Assembly: GCA_051362555.1 (NCBI GenBank)
Contig: CM120642.1
Location: forward strand, 12,338,001-12,402,000
Direction: 5' to 3'
DNA: 64,000 bases
Source: Lingula anatina
Taxonomy: Eukaryota; Animalia; Brachiopoda
The position numbers and the translations under genes were made by a program. Every line of letters begins with the position of its first letter. The stretch's first letter is position 1. The notes under the pieces are model-generated. The model saw nothing but the letters and a program-made list of their open reading frames with translations. It was not told the origin of the DNA and did no database searches. This document shows positions 26,657 to 39,900 of this stretch, piece after piece.

Positions 26657-28094
26657 GTAGGTCAATCTAGGATATTCATATATGGTATAGTTGCCATTTT
26701 TTTTAGTTTCGTAGCTTGGTTTTTCTTTTTCGAATTACTTTTTATTCTATCATATGCTTAAGGATACGCCCCCTAGTACGTATCCCTATTTGATCAGAAA
26801 GCGAGATTGTTTCAAAAATGCTGCAAAATAGTATGACATTTTTATTCTTTAATTTGTCTTTTTCCTAGCATATGCATACCCATAGTTAGACGCGCTTTAC
26901 AGTGTAGTTAAAAATAAAATGATACTTAAATTTTCGATCAGAAGATTTACTTAATACAGAAATATAGGGAAACATATACGTTATGCATCAGTGTATAGTG
27001 CAATGTTAATGAATAATGATAATTTATTAAACTTTTTAAAGAAATAAAAAACAAAGATAAATCCGGCAGGCTGTAATTTCGTTGTGAGTAATTCAACAGT
27101 TATTGCCCGTCAGGTCACACCCAGTGACTGCTGAAATATTTTACTTTAAAAGTCCATGGTCTGTGCAAAGTACAGAAGGCTAACTCATTCCTACCGAAAA
27201 GGGTATTTTATTTCTTAAACTATAAAACACCGGTACACCATGATGTGTGCTTCCTCAGATTAACCCAAGTGTTCAGCACGGGTTATCTAAAACGAAACCC
27301 AGAGCAATAAAACCACTTGGTATTTGTGGCAATTTTTCCCAGTGCATTCAATGATAACATCTGTCTCGGGTAGTTCCAGTGCGCAGTGAAAGGTTCTTAG
27401 GATGATCGATCACGAATCTATCAGTTTGAGGCAGCACGGGGAAAATTACATGTAATAATTAAGACAAATTCGTCATTTTATTAATGAAATGTGCACTAGC
27501 ATAAACAAGATTTCCATTCCCCGTTTCATCCTATTCTAAATTATGTTTACTAAACCATAATAAATATGCGAGATATAAATGATATAAATCGTATATGTTC
27601 ATCAAAGGCCTTTACGCAATTAACTTTTTTCTTGCTCTTCGTAAAATTGTGTCTTAATCTATTTGAGGTTTCCCCAAAGTGTCCCAAGAAAGCCGTCTCA
27701 TATCATTACTAATAAAGAAAACAGATATATAGTAAAAAGCGCTCTTCGACGCCGGAGTAATCGTCAGCACCGGCAATATGATTACAATAATGGAATAGAA
27801 AGTTTTACTAACTCGTTTTCGGTTGAATTTGTGACATGCTCAACACTGACATTTGAATGAAGAGCAATACGCCGTCTTTTTATGTTCTTCTTTTTATGTA
27901 CAAAGAAAGCTTTAAATTAGATTTGGAATTCATTATTTGTTGTTTTTTCATCTTTCGCTTATATCTTATCATCATCAGAAAAGCTGAAAGAAGACTAGAT
28001 GGATGATAACATACCAGTAGGATCATGCAGTAACCCAATAGAAAAAACAAAGACTCCATAAGAATATTTATTGCATAAGCTCTCTCTCTCTCTC

Positions 28095-28171
<77 letters not shown>

Positions 28172-31100
28172 GTAATTGGTTACACTGGTTCCGCCTTAGT
28201 TAATAACTGTCGAGTGATGACATTACAGAAAATTGTCCCTAAAAGGCTGCAACATATGTTCGGCGCGTGTTTCAGTTGACTAAAACCAGTCTTTGAAATG
28301 CCAAGGTCAAGTGTAATTAGATTTCTTCAAGCATCACGCCTTTAATCATCTTCCAATCTTCCAACTATTGAAGACCGTCGGAAATATGTATTTGTTCCAT
28401 TTGCAGGTGCTTAATCTACTATTTACTTGAAGACAAACCTTCAGGACTTTATCGTTTTAGTGTGCAATAAAAATCGCCAGGGTTAGGCCTTTTGGCCCGG
28501 TTAGGTCAGTTTAGAAATGGCCATGGACGGATTGATATCAAATAATTTTATGTTTTAAGATTATAACTACTTCAACACAGTGATGAGTGTTGCAGGCTAT
28601 ATTTGTATCAAACGCGAAGTAATGTTTGTGATGAAAACTTATTTGTTTTCGTTTACTTCAACCCTAAAGAAGCTTTTCAAGTGTTATGGCGTAATGTTAC
28701 ATGTTGCATGTTTTCCAGAGCCGAGATAGATAAGAAAAAATGTCTTGCAGTGTATCTGCTTTATGAACTGAAAATACCGCGCCACAAGAGAGAAGAAGTG
28801 GGCTGAGTTTAGTAAGATTCTATTTCCTCGTTTGTGAGGTTGATATTGTTGTCTCGGTGGTTGTTATCATTTTGTTAAGGATACCAGGCTTTGCTTTCGT
28901 CGATGAAAGACAACGCCGTGTTAAACTGTACTGTACCTGCGTGTGCATGATTATGCTACGATAGATTTGATCAACCAAGTAGCTCTCCGGTTCTCTCCAC
29001 CAACCCTTTTCATACTTCTTTCTCCGCCTAGACAAAAAGATAACAGATTAGGAGCCAGTCTGTCCAAGACCTGTTCCTTTTCTTGATCCGTGAAAATACG
29101 GTGAAGTATTTAATTGGAAAAGTATATTCTGGAGGTTTTGGTAAAGCGGTGAAAGTGTTATTGACAAACCTGCATCAATGCACACAAGATTCATTTCCTT
29201 TTTTGACACTATTCTTGGTAAGAAAGAAATATTTTACACGAGTTTGTCATGCACTTTATTAATTGTATCAAAAAGATTTATCGTCAGGCACCATCACTTT
29301 AAGTGGATTTGTTACGCCCCAATGAAGGTCGTTTTCTCGAATAACATGCATGGACAAGCGCAACACAGCAATAGAATTTGACATTGAACACCTTAACGCG
29401 GCTGCTAGAATCTTAATACGCAATGTTGATACTCTAACGTACACAGCAACTGATGACGAATGAAATGTCTCCATGGTAATAATGTGTGTCGTATGCGACA
29501 TGACTGCTAGGCCTACCTATACAAAAAATCACCAGTTCCATGCACTAACACTGACACTGCTATACGAATACAAAAATACGAAAATGCACATTTACCTTAA
29601 TCTTATGGTAATGTCTAAAAAAATACAAAACAGTAGAAATCCCAAATAGCTTATATCTTAATATAATCGTATAAAAGGTACGGCCATCAGCTGCGAGCTT
29701 ATTTATACTGTTATCATAAACAGGATGATACTATTGTTTATCTTTTCTACACTCTGCAACCTGTCATTTGACTGTCTTATTATCCGGTAAACCTTGCTTA
29801 CCACAGGTTGTCAAATGACTAACAAAATAGGATGTTCCAGAGGCCAGCTGAGTGATGACGTCATTTGTGCAAATTTCTCGCAGGAGAATAGGGATATGTG
29901 CAGAGAATTTGCCAAAGAAATAATTGTGCTACTGTAAATCTAGTAAAAAAATATCTTTCTGTGGACCTCGTAGAAGTTAGTCCGGATGGGTGTCTGTGAC
30001 GTCACTCAAGAGGCCATTGCATCACAACTGCAGTTCAGAAATACGACATGTAGCTCTAGAATGCCCTATTACACTGGTCATACTTATTTTAGCCACTGAA
30101 TAACCCCCAAATGTATGTAATTGGTTTTCAAGCGACAGAAACGGGCAGATCGGATTAATCATGTGCTGCTCTAAATCAGGGAACCAAGATTGAAATAACA
30201 TACCTTTTTAACCAAGTGTCAGACATGCATTTTATGATTTTTTACCTCTTTGTAGAATTACACTGAAAATATGTAGGCCCTACTTTTATCATTGAGACTG
30301 TCGCCAGGGCACGACCTCTATTGCTGTTACGCACAAACCTGCTAACGAGCTACTAGTACAAATCGCACGATGGAAATGATATATCGACGACGCCATTAAT
30401 ATCTTCAGATAGGAAACAAAATCAATGTTTTCATAACATCGATGTGACATTAATCTAGGTCTACGGTATGTGGGAAATCTCCTTGGTGCTCATTATTTCT
30501 TTGAAGTAGCATAAAAGCACTGATTTTTTTATTCAAAGGTAAATCTACTCCATGACACCGTCTTGCCACTATCAGACCGAATAAGAATAGCGTTTTTAGA
30601 AAACTGATAAAGCTGTATAACCTGTCATGAAAAATTAGACTGAGTCATTTCAAATTCAAAGTCTGTCTCTGAATTTAATTTTGCTCTAGTCTGTCCTTAA
30701 AAAGAAGAAACCAGTGTCAAGAACAATGTTACAGACTGTTGTATGTTTCTCTCACATTTGAAATGTTGTTGTGTGTTCAAGTAAAAAAAGACTCATCTGA
30801 ACAGTAACTTGTGTTCACATAATTGACAAAATCTTAAAAATAAAAATACACTCAAACACGACAAAGAAATCGGTTGTCTCTTTTTCTAAGGGTATGCACA
30901 ACTCAAAAACATCACAATTTTTGGGGGGATTGCAAGCTTCAGATAAACCCGTTCATTCCCTTAAGAGTTTTGACTGAAACACCAAAATTTTGAAGAAAGG
31001 AGGCAACCTAACAGGATTTTCGCAGAAAACTGAGCAAAAAGAGCAAGATAAATGTAGCATCACTTGACATGCTTTCGGTTAGAGTGTAATAAAGATATAA

Positions 31101-34100
31101 ATTGTAGAAACTATAAGTATGTTCTTCTAATGTGACCTTTAAGGCTATCGATTTTTGGTGTGTGGAAGTAAGAGATAAATGTCGTCACTTTACCTAGCTG
31201 CTAAGCTATTTTGATCCCTACGTTTTCTTTGTCTGCAACAACTCTGATAAGCACATGGTAGTTACTAACTCAGTTATATATAGGCGCCCCAAATGAGGGT
31301 TGTTAGCTAAAGCACCCTTTTTGATCTTTAAAATGATATAATCTTTTTAGATCGCTAACAACATATTTGATAAATATTCATTTTATTATTTAAACCCAAT
31401 TAACCTATTTTAATACTCAAACTGTCAATCAGTCCCCTGTTATGGAGGGAGTGAACGACCTTGGTTGAATTCACTCATTATTACCATAATTCACTTTATT
31501 ACAGAGTTATAACACCTTTTTCTGATAGTCTGCCAAATGAATGTCTCATATAACGTTATTTAGTATCTTTTAACCGCCCATTAAAAGGCGATTCTACCTA
31601 CTCGTTTATACCCTTTTCTCAAAGGCAAGTTCAGTGAAGAGTTTCACAGAATAGATTTAGGTTAAAGGGCTGACGTGTAAAATTTTCAAAACTTTTCTGT
31701 GGAAAGCAATGCTTTTTTAAAAAGATAAATGTTATAGAATAATGTCACCAAAAATAATCTTGACAAAGATTTGAATAGTGCACAACCCGGAAGTCAGTGC
31801 AGGAAGTGATGGCTGGGCTTGAGAAACAAGCTTTTGAGCGGCTTTAATTTTTCATTTCTTTCAGTTTTTTTTTTTCCATATTGTTGCAAAGTCGGAAGGA
31901 GGATCAGTAGATCAGTAAGTCGGTGAAGAAGAGAATTCGTTAAGTGTGAGTTTTTGGCTGGAAAATCTTGCACTGGGTACCTTTAAGGTGGGGAGACCTA
32001 ATAGAATCTGTCGCCGAATTGGCCTCCTTTTGCAAAACAACTACACGTAGAACTACACGTAGATGATATCTACGACCTATAGAGTTGCTTGGTGGTTAAA
32101 TTGGCCAATGTTCACTATAGCTTGGAAACAATAATAACATCCGCGTGCACCGTTTGCTGTCATTCAAACACAAAAGAGAAAAAAGAGAGAACATAACGCA
32201 ATGACATTGGATTGAGAACAAATTACAATCATTTTGACCGTAATTTTGTACTCAGTTATACGTGTAAGCTCCAAATTGTTGCGCAGTTGCATTTGGACCA
32301 ATTCACACACCAGAAAGAAGAAAAATATATTTTGTATTTATTTCATTTCTGTAAAGATCTGTATTGCTATCAAATACTGCACTTTGGAAGTTAAAAGGTT
32401 ATTGTAAATTTAGTAATGTTATGGTATCTGGAGTACTTAAGAAGCAGGGTCCATTTTACTGATTCATGGTGATCCTAACACGATAAAACAAGCCCAAAGC
32501 TCAGCACTGAATGGACAGAAAAACATCAGGTTCAGAGATTTGTTTTAACGGTTGCTTTTCTTTAACATTTTGCAAACAATCACACCGATAACTTAACTGG
32601 CAGATTGTTGTGTTACTACTTAAAAAAATCTGTAATCTGATAACTTAGTTTTAGGTAATGCCTCAGCAGTTTTTCTGTTAAAGAAATAATCGATTTAGAC
32701 TAATCAAATATTGATACCACCTTGACGTCTAGCTCTATTTCAGACTAGCTCTTCTTTTGTCTGCCCTGTACATGCAAATAATGCGATATCCATGTCGTGA
32801 TTCTCAACTCATTGTATAGGGATATGCTTGATTGCATAATTTCGCGATGCGATTAAATTTACATGTCTTTTTCGATTTCTTCAGAATTGGAAGCATTGTG
32901 AAAAGGATGTCTGTCTTTCAAAGTGAGATAAGTGGAATTTCCCAAAGCACTGATATGAATGCCGAGTCAAGGCAGTAACTATGATGCTCCTGTCTCTCTT
33001 AAGAAAGATAAATCAAAAGGGAATTTTGACAGGTCCCGAGAAGAGGTGAAAGGCATTTGTTCTTAATCCTCTGAACAAAATTTAATCAATATGTTGGTAA
33101 AACTACTTGCTTTTTAATAGAGTGCATTTGATATCCTTTGTTTCAAAGCAGACTTTTTTATCACAAGGAGGATAATTTCAATCGAATACTTGATCGGTAA
33201 CAAAAGAAGTAAAGAAGGGGTCGCATTTTGATACCACACTTTGTGAGTGGCGTATGGAAACAATGAGTACATTACATCAAACGCGCATCTTTCAGAACTT
33301 AAGAAAATAGTTCAAATTGACAATAGTAAAGAATATCTGACATGTTGAAGTAAATGAATATTTGCCCAATTTGCACAAGTGTCTATTAAGTCCGTTCTTA
33401 ATACAAAACTGCCGTCTGCCAAGTACCGCCCGTGGCGTTAGTGCGTCACTGTCAAACTAAAGAAGAAAACACGACAAGATTAAATGAACGTACATGTAGT
33501 TTCCAAATGCGAAATTGCTTTCAGATGTAATCGTTTTATTTGTTTCAAGACTTTAAAAAATGATGACCGCTAGCGTGGCCAATGGTAGATTTTCAGTTCT
33601 GTTGTAGATTGAACATTAGGGCCGGCCGGCTGTTGGTATTTGTATTGTCTGTATTGTATACATCTTGGTTCATTCCATCCTTATTCTCAGTGGATGGAGC
33701 TAATGGTGCCCTCCCATGCCTGGTATACATAGTGAGACATAAAAGACGAATCGAGCAAACCAGGTGCCTTTAAGACTCTCGCCTAAGAGCCACAGTGTAG
33801 ACTGGGCATAACACATTTGTTGCGCTATTCAACAACAATTTCCTTTCTTTAGTGTCCGCAATGAAGTTGTCGATACATTAACCAGTATGGCACCATCCAT
33901 CGCCGATCATTTTCATTGATAATTGCTATTTTAACATTATTTAGCCAAGAATAACACCAGCCGTGGAGTTAATGCAATATGCCTTACTTTAGCTTTGATG
34001 ACAAAGTCTGATAGTGGAGAAGAAACGCATACTGAGCAAGCCGATTAAATCTGTAGACACCAGATTAATACTTCTTTTGAAATTATACTTGGACAATGGT

Positions 34101-34683
34101 CTTTTCCCATTGCTCTTCTACGATATTTCTTTTATTGGACTTTTCTAATGAAATATCAGCACCTCAGATAGAGACCATCTTAAGAGGTAAAAAAGTGAAT
34201 ATGAATGTGTGCCGTTTTGGCGAAATACGTGACCCAAACAACGTTTAACATCTGGCTTATGGAAGAAAAGATAGAGCTGGGAAGATGAGATTTTGGAAAA
34301 AAATCAACATTAGCAGATATCAGTTCTCAAAAGTATGTACATGTAGGTCCGATTCGCGGTAGGGGAGTTATGATTCTTTTCTTCTCTAACACTTGTTTGT
34401 AAGGCACCAGTGTTCGGTCCGCGTTGTTCTCTGACCGTTTTTATGATCAGATAAACGAACTTAATAAAAACTAAGTTGTCTATAAATTCCACAGTTGGCA
34501 TGTGTTTCTATTTTAAACAAGAAGATCATCATCTTGGATAAGGCTATTTAGCAATGAAGACAAAATGATAAAGTGTACTACATATTTGGCAAAAAAAGGT
34601 GACTCATTGTTTGGTACACACCAAGGCAATATATCATAAAACCAAAGAAAACTGCATGGAATTATTTCAGACATAGAGAGACC

Positions 34684-34718
<35 letters not shown>

Positions 34719-36885
34719 CGCGCGTGCGCGTGTGTGAGTGAGTAAAAGAGAGAAAGGGGTATAACAGTCCACTTCTGCTACTAATATGTAAACAATCTAG
34801 CATAATACATGCATACGATTAAATGGGGAACTCTAAAGCTACTCACAGTGAAATAACAAAAAATCGAAGTGAAATAATAATAATAGGAAAGAACAACAAA
34901 GAAGGTCACCGGGGAATACCCTCCCCAAGGTCTATCACCCCTGCAGTGCCCCCAGCACCGCAGGTGATGAAAAATTTCAAATATCATCCTTTTTTGCGAT
35001 CTTATTTTTTCGGTGAATACTTGGAGAATTTTCACCACATTTGAAGTAAAGTTTACCCAGGAGCGCGCTGACACGTTTAGCGCGTTCGTAGTTTAATAAA
35101 CAGTGTACTACGACGGCTTGCAAGTATCAAAACAAAGCTCACTGTGGGGTTTCATTCTGAAAGAAAAGTTCAAAAGCATGACAAGAACCTTTTTTGTTGT
35201 TTGTGACTTTTTAAGCAAAACTTCTTGTTTAACAATATATGCCGCAGTGAAGACAGTGTGTGGAATATTTTTGATGAGGGCAAATGTCGAAATCCGCGTG
35301 TATCAGGACACGCACTGTGTATCAAAAGGAAACCGTAGGAAGTGAGAAGAGACTGATAAGCAACCTTGTATGGATGCCTTGTCACGAATGAGTTCTCTTT
35401 TGTCTCATCATTCAATTTTTTGCTGATTCACTATACCTTGCTTATCGCAATTTTCTTACGGAAGCAAATCTCTTGCTCTTTTGCTTTCAATAATCATTTT
35501 GCCTAGATACATTATACTCTGTAACAGTCGGAGTAGTCAGTGGGCAGGAGACCCGTAATTTCTATCATCTTGGATATTAGATATTGGGAAAAATCAATTT
35601 TTGATGAGTTTTCAACCTGAAACGATTAGTGTCGTGTCTCTTAATATAATATAATATAATTCTGGATGGCCCTATAACCATGTCACGTATACGAAAGCTA
35701 GTAAAAACTATACATCTTTTAAAGAAATTGGCCAATATATGGTTTGCCTGCACTGCTGCTGATGCCGAGTTCTAGCCACGTATTGTTAGTATTGCCTTGC
35801 CTTTTCGAAATGCATTTCAAAAATGTGCACAAGAAAATTTTGAGATAAAACGCTTTTTTTTTTTTTTTTTTTTTGTAGCCAGGGTTTTTCAAGCCCCAAG
35901 GATGAATGTTTTAAAACACGGGCTTTACTGAGAGTTATTAACTTTGCACGATCTCGTTAACTTTTACAGGGTAACCTATGAGAAATAATATTCCTTGTTA
36001 TCTACATAGCCTGTTTACAGAAAATTTGACAGACTTGAGAGCCCCACAGTTGGCTTATGCTGAGGACCCTGCATATTTTGAACTAAGCCGACCAGAAATT
36101 GGTTGTATTAGAAAAGATGCACATTTTATAAGCGGTGGCATTTTTGAGGTGATGTGAATTATCTCGCTTAGCTGATCCACTTGAAAGCGAATCTATGGTT
36201 TTAATTTTATGCTGTGAGCTGTGATTCCGATTCCAGGAAATTGAACAGAATTGAATAGACTGTAAGGACTCCTCTAACAGGTGTATTCCAGTATTGTTTA
36301 TGTTTTACTTTCTGAGTTTTCTAAGGACGGGATATGGCATCCGACTGAATTTGTATTTGGCTGGGCGCACGGTTCGATTCGTTTTACGTTGAGCCATAGC
36401 GGCTCTCTCAACTTCTATCTAGCGAGGCTGCTGTAAGAAACCTCATGCGTTTACTAGTTATGTAGTCATATAGGCTCTATAATCCAGGAAAGTCCTAAAC
36501 AATCTATTGTCGTCTATATTAACCTAGAGCGCGTAGTTGGAGAGCTCTGTCTTGGAATTTCACGACCTCCACCTCGATTGCAGGGTCACACGACCTCCAC
36601 CTAAAATACCCGACATCACTCACCTGCAATGTATCGGTAATGATAAGTATAAAATAACGACGACAGTGATAAACTGTGGTTCCTGAAATACACGGTGATG
36701 GCACACAACTATAATGAATACACTTCTAAAAGTAGGTGTGTGCAATGTATTTATATTCAAAAATATATTAGTGAATGTGAATAATACGTTTAAAGTGCAG
36801 GGCAAACGAGGATACAAACTAGTAGTTAAAGTAGTTATGTTAAGTTTTTTGTATAAGTGCACTTTTTTGTGTATGTTCACAATGC

Positions 36886-36927
<42 letters not shown>

Positions 36928-39900
36928 ATGCACCGCCAATAATTCAATATTTTGTAAATGCTTATTCAGTTCGAGCTTACTGAGAAGTACTTATTTATTT
37001 ATCGCAGGAATATTCATTTTTTAAAGAAAAAAACATAAAAAACAATAAGCTTCCGTGTTTTGGAATGATCCGCCACCCAAGGTGTCAGCAGAAACCACAG
37101 TCTTCACTAACCACACAACAACAACCGGTATCCTTCCCTTACAAGCATGCGGCTTGAGTCGTCCGTGTAATCACTGCTAACGACCTGTTCTACAAGAAGA
37201 GTGATTTTTTTTCCCTGTCAAGACAATTCGAAAGCATGCTGAGCACCGTTTTAAAATGCGCCGAGCTCACCTGCATGTCAGACTGGAGAAAGAATGTATC
37301 CTCCTGAGGGCGGGCCACCGAAACTCACTGTTATCCTTCACTATTTGTTATCTGCAGTTACCTGCGCCAATGTATTAGTGTGTGTGTGTGTGTTCGTGCT
37401 TGTGTGTGTGTGTGTTTGTATGTGTGTGTGTGTGTGTGTGCGTGTGTGCGTCTGTCTGTGTGTGTGTGTGTGCGTGTGTGTGTCTGTGTGATTGTGTGTG
37501 TTGGGGAGGGGGGTCGGCGTAGGAAAAAGAGCACGAATGACTGACGTTTTATTGTTGCACTGATTGATATAGGAGGTACAAAGCGAACAGAGATTGTTTG
37601 AATATCTTTTAAAGCGATTACAGCTAGTATTTAGACCATCATTTATTATTTTAAACAAAATTATGACTATCCAAGAGTTCAGAATGGTACGGTGGAAGGG
37701 TAGCCAACCGTACAGATAATTGAAAACGCTGTGTCAGGCAGTTGACAAAAGTGATGGGGAAGAAAATTCAACCATTAATAAATCCCCTGTGTTCTTATGT
37801 GATAACGGATATACTTAAATGCATAATGGTTTCCAGACACTCCAAATAATGGAAGTTGATCGCGTTTTTTATTCTTTTCTGTTAATGTCCACTAACATGT
37901 ACATTTTTTTCATCCATTAAAAGCACTGTATCTACACGTGCTTTTTGGATCAATTCTTGAACTTGGTCCAGACAAAGGTGCGTTATTTTCACCTCATCAT
38001 TTTGAATTTCTCTGCATCATGTTGAATTTTCGATAGTTATGCCGGTTAATGCAGTTACAATGCTGTAAACATGATGTTTTTCTAGTTTCATAATGTTATT
38101 ATTTTGTTATTGTAATAGTATAATTTTATCATAAACTCGCGAATTTTATGCAAAAATCACTTCTCTGTCCGTGCAATAGTCGAAGACGAAAGAAAATGGA
38201 TAAGCACTCCCACAGGTGAAATATACGTGCAGTACACAACTGTAAAGACAAGGCAATTCTACACTGGTGTGCGTGGGTATGTAAATTACAGAATATCTCA
38301 GTAACCGCGCAAATCACTATAAAACTTGTTTTCTGGCAAAGGGAGGAGATGAAAAATGACAGTTCAAGTTTAACACGTGTAGTGTTAGGACAATGACCGG
38401 ACTAGTCACCTTCCGATCTGAGAGTCAAATGTGACATTAAAGGGCACCCTGTAAGTCAGAAACATTATGTTCTGTGTCTTCCAAACTGAGATTTATTGCT
38501 CCTGTTTCTGCAAACAACCTTCTGCGTATTCTATATGGTACATCTTCATGCTTAGAAGAAAGACGTTTTGTTTGTTTTGGATAACCCCGTGGTTTCCCTA
38601 ACTCCAATTCTTCTTCTCGCCACAGATATTTGAGAGAGTCAGAATTTGTCTTTTCTTCACATGTAAATATTCCAAGTTCTGAATCAATGATGAATGGTGA
38701 ATTTTATGGTGGTAGGGACACGCATCAGTTTACGATCAAATGACACTGATAATATTGAGCTAATAGTAATGAAAGAAGAATGCAAGGATTATGATTCGTT
38801 GGCTAGTTGTTCTCGTAGGTCGGTGCTTCTCCTGCTCACTTCCTGGTGAAAGTAGTATCCCCAAAACAAAAGGGTGCTTTTTTATGCATTCCACCTTAAT
38901 GGAGCACCGATTAGATCTACCTATTCTGATTCTAAAAATTCGGAGGCAACTTTGGAAATGGGGTAGGGGGTAACCGATGAAAGACGAATCTCGTCTATGT
39001 ACATGTACCAGCAGACTTTATTACGATTGCAAAAGAAGCATACACATATTTGGTATAGTCTATACGGCACCAGAAACTAAGACAGCTTTTCCAGGGGACG
39101 TACATCCTACATCAAGGATTAGGAACGGAGATTTCAAGAAAGCTCCATTGTGCCGTTTTTCTTTGTCATCCCACGAAGTTAATTTTTCTCATTACCTCAT
39201 AGCTGATGACGTCTATAATCCGCCGTCAATAGTAAGACTTAAAGACTACGTGGTGATGGAAACGTGAAGAAAGATCCATCACTTGCAACTTACAGAACAT
39301 GTTGCGCTTGCATGAGCTCCTGTGTTCTTTTGAATAGTATCAGTTTCTTGCAGACGTCTATCGTAAAAGAAAATATTGCCGCCATTAAGTGATTAACCAA
39401 AACCAAAGAATTGCAGACAATCTACATACTGCGTAATTATAACAAGAAAGCCCTTTTTATGGGATTTCTCTTTTTTGTTATTTTTCTTGTAACGATGACA
39501 AGCCAGCGCGTTTTCTCTAATTTCCCGGATAGGGGCTTAACAGTTCTAAAAGGGATTACTTGTAAGTCAGTACTGTGCAATAAATCTAAGAATATTTAAA
39601 GTAACCATTTTCGTAATTAAGGCACTTAGCAGATAATAGGTGATTTGACCCGAAATTGATTTGCTAAATAATTTCTGACTGCCATTACGCCGAGGAAATA
39701 GATAACGATATGGCTGGAAATAATTTACGTCCATTGTCTTTTCCGAATAGAAAATAAAAACAAAGGTCAGGCAATCCTAAAATGTTACAAAGCCATGTAC
39801 TTTAGGTTGTAAGCTTGCCATACATCTATTGGTGATGTCGGAATATAATACAAAATGTAAAATTGGAAAACCGCATATCTTGGTCATTTAGTATAACAAC

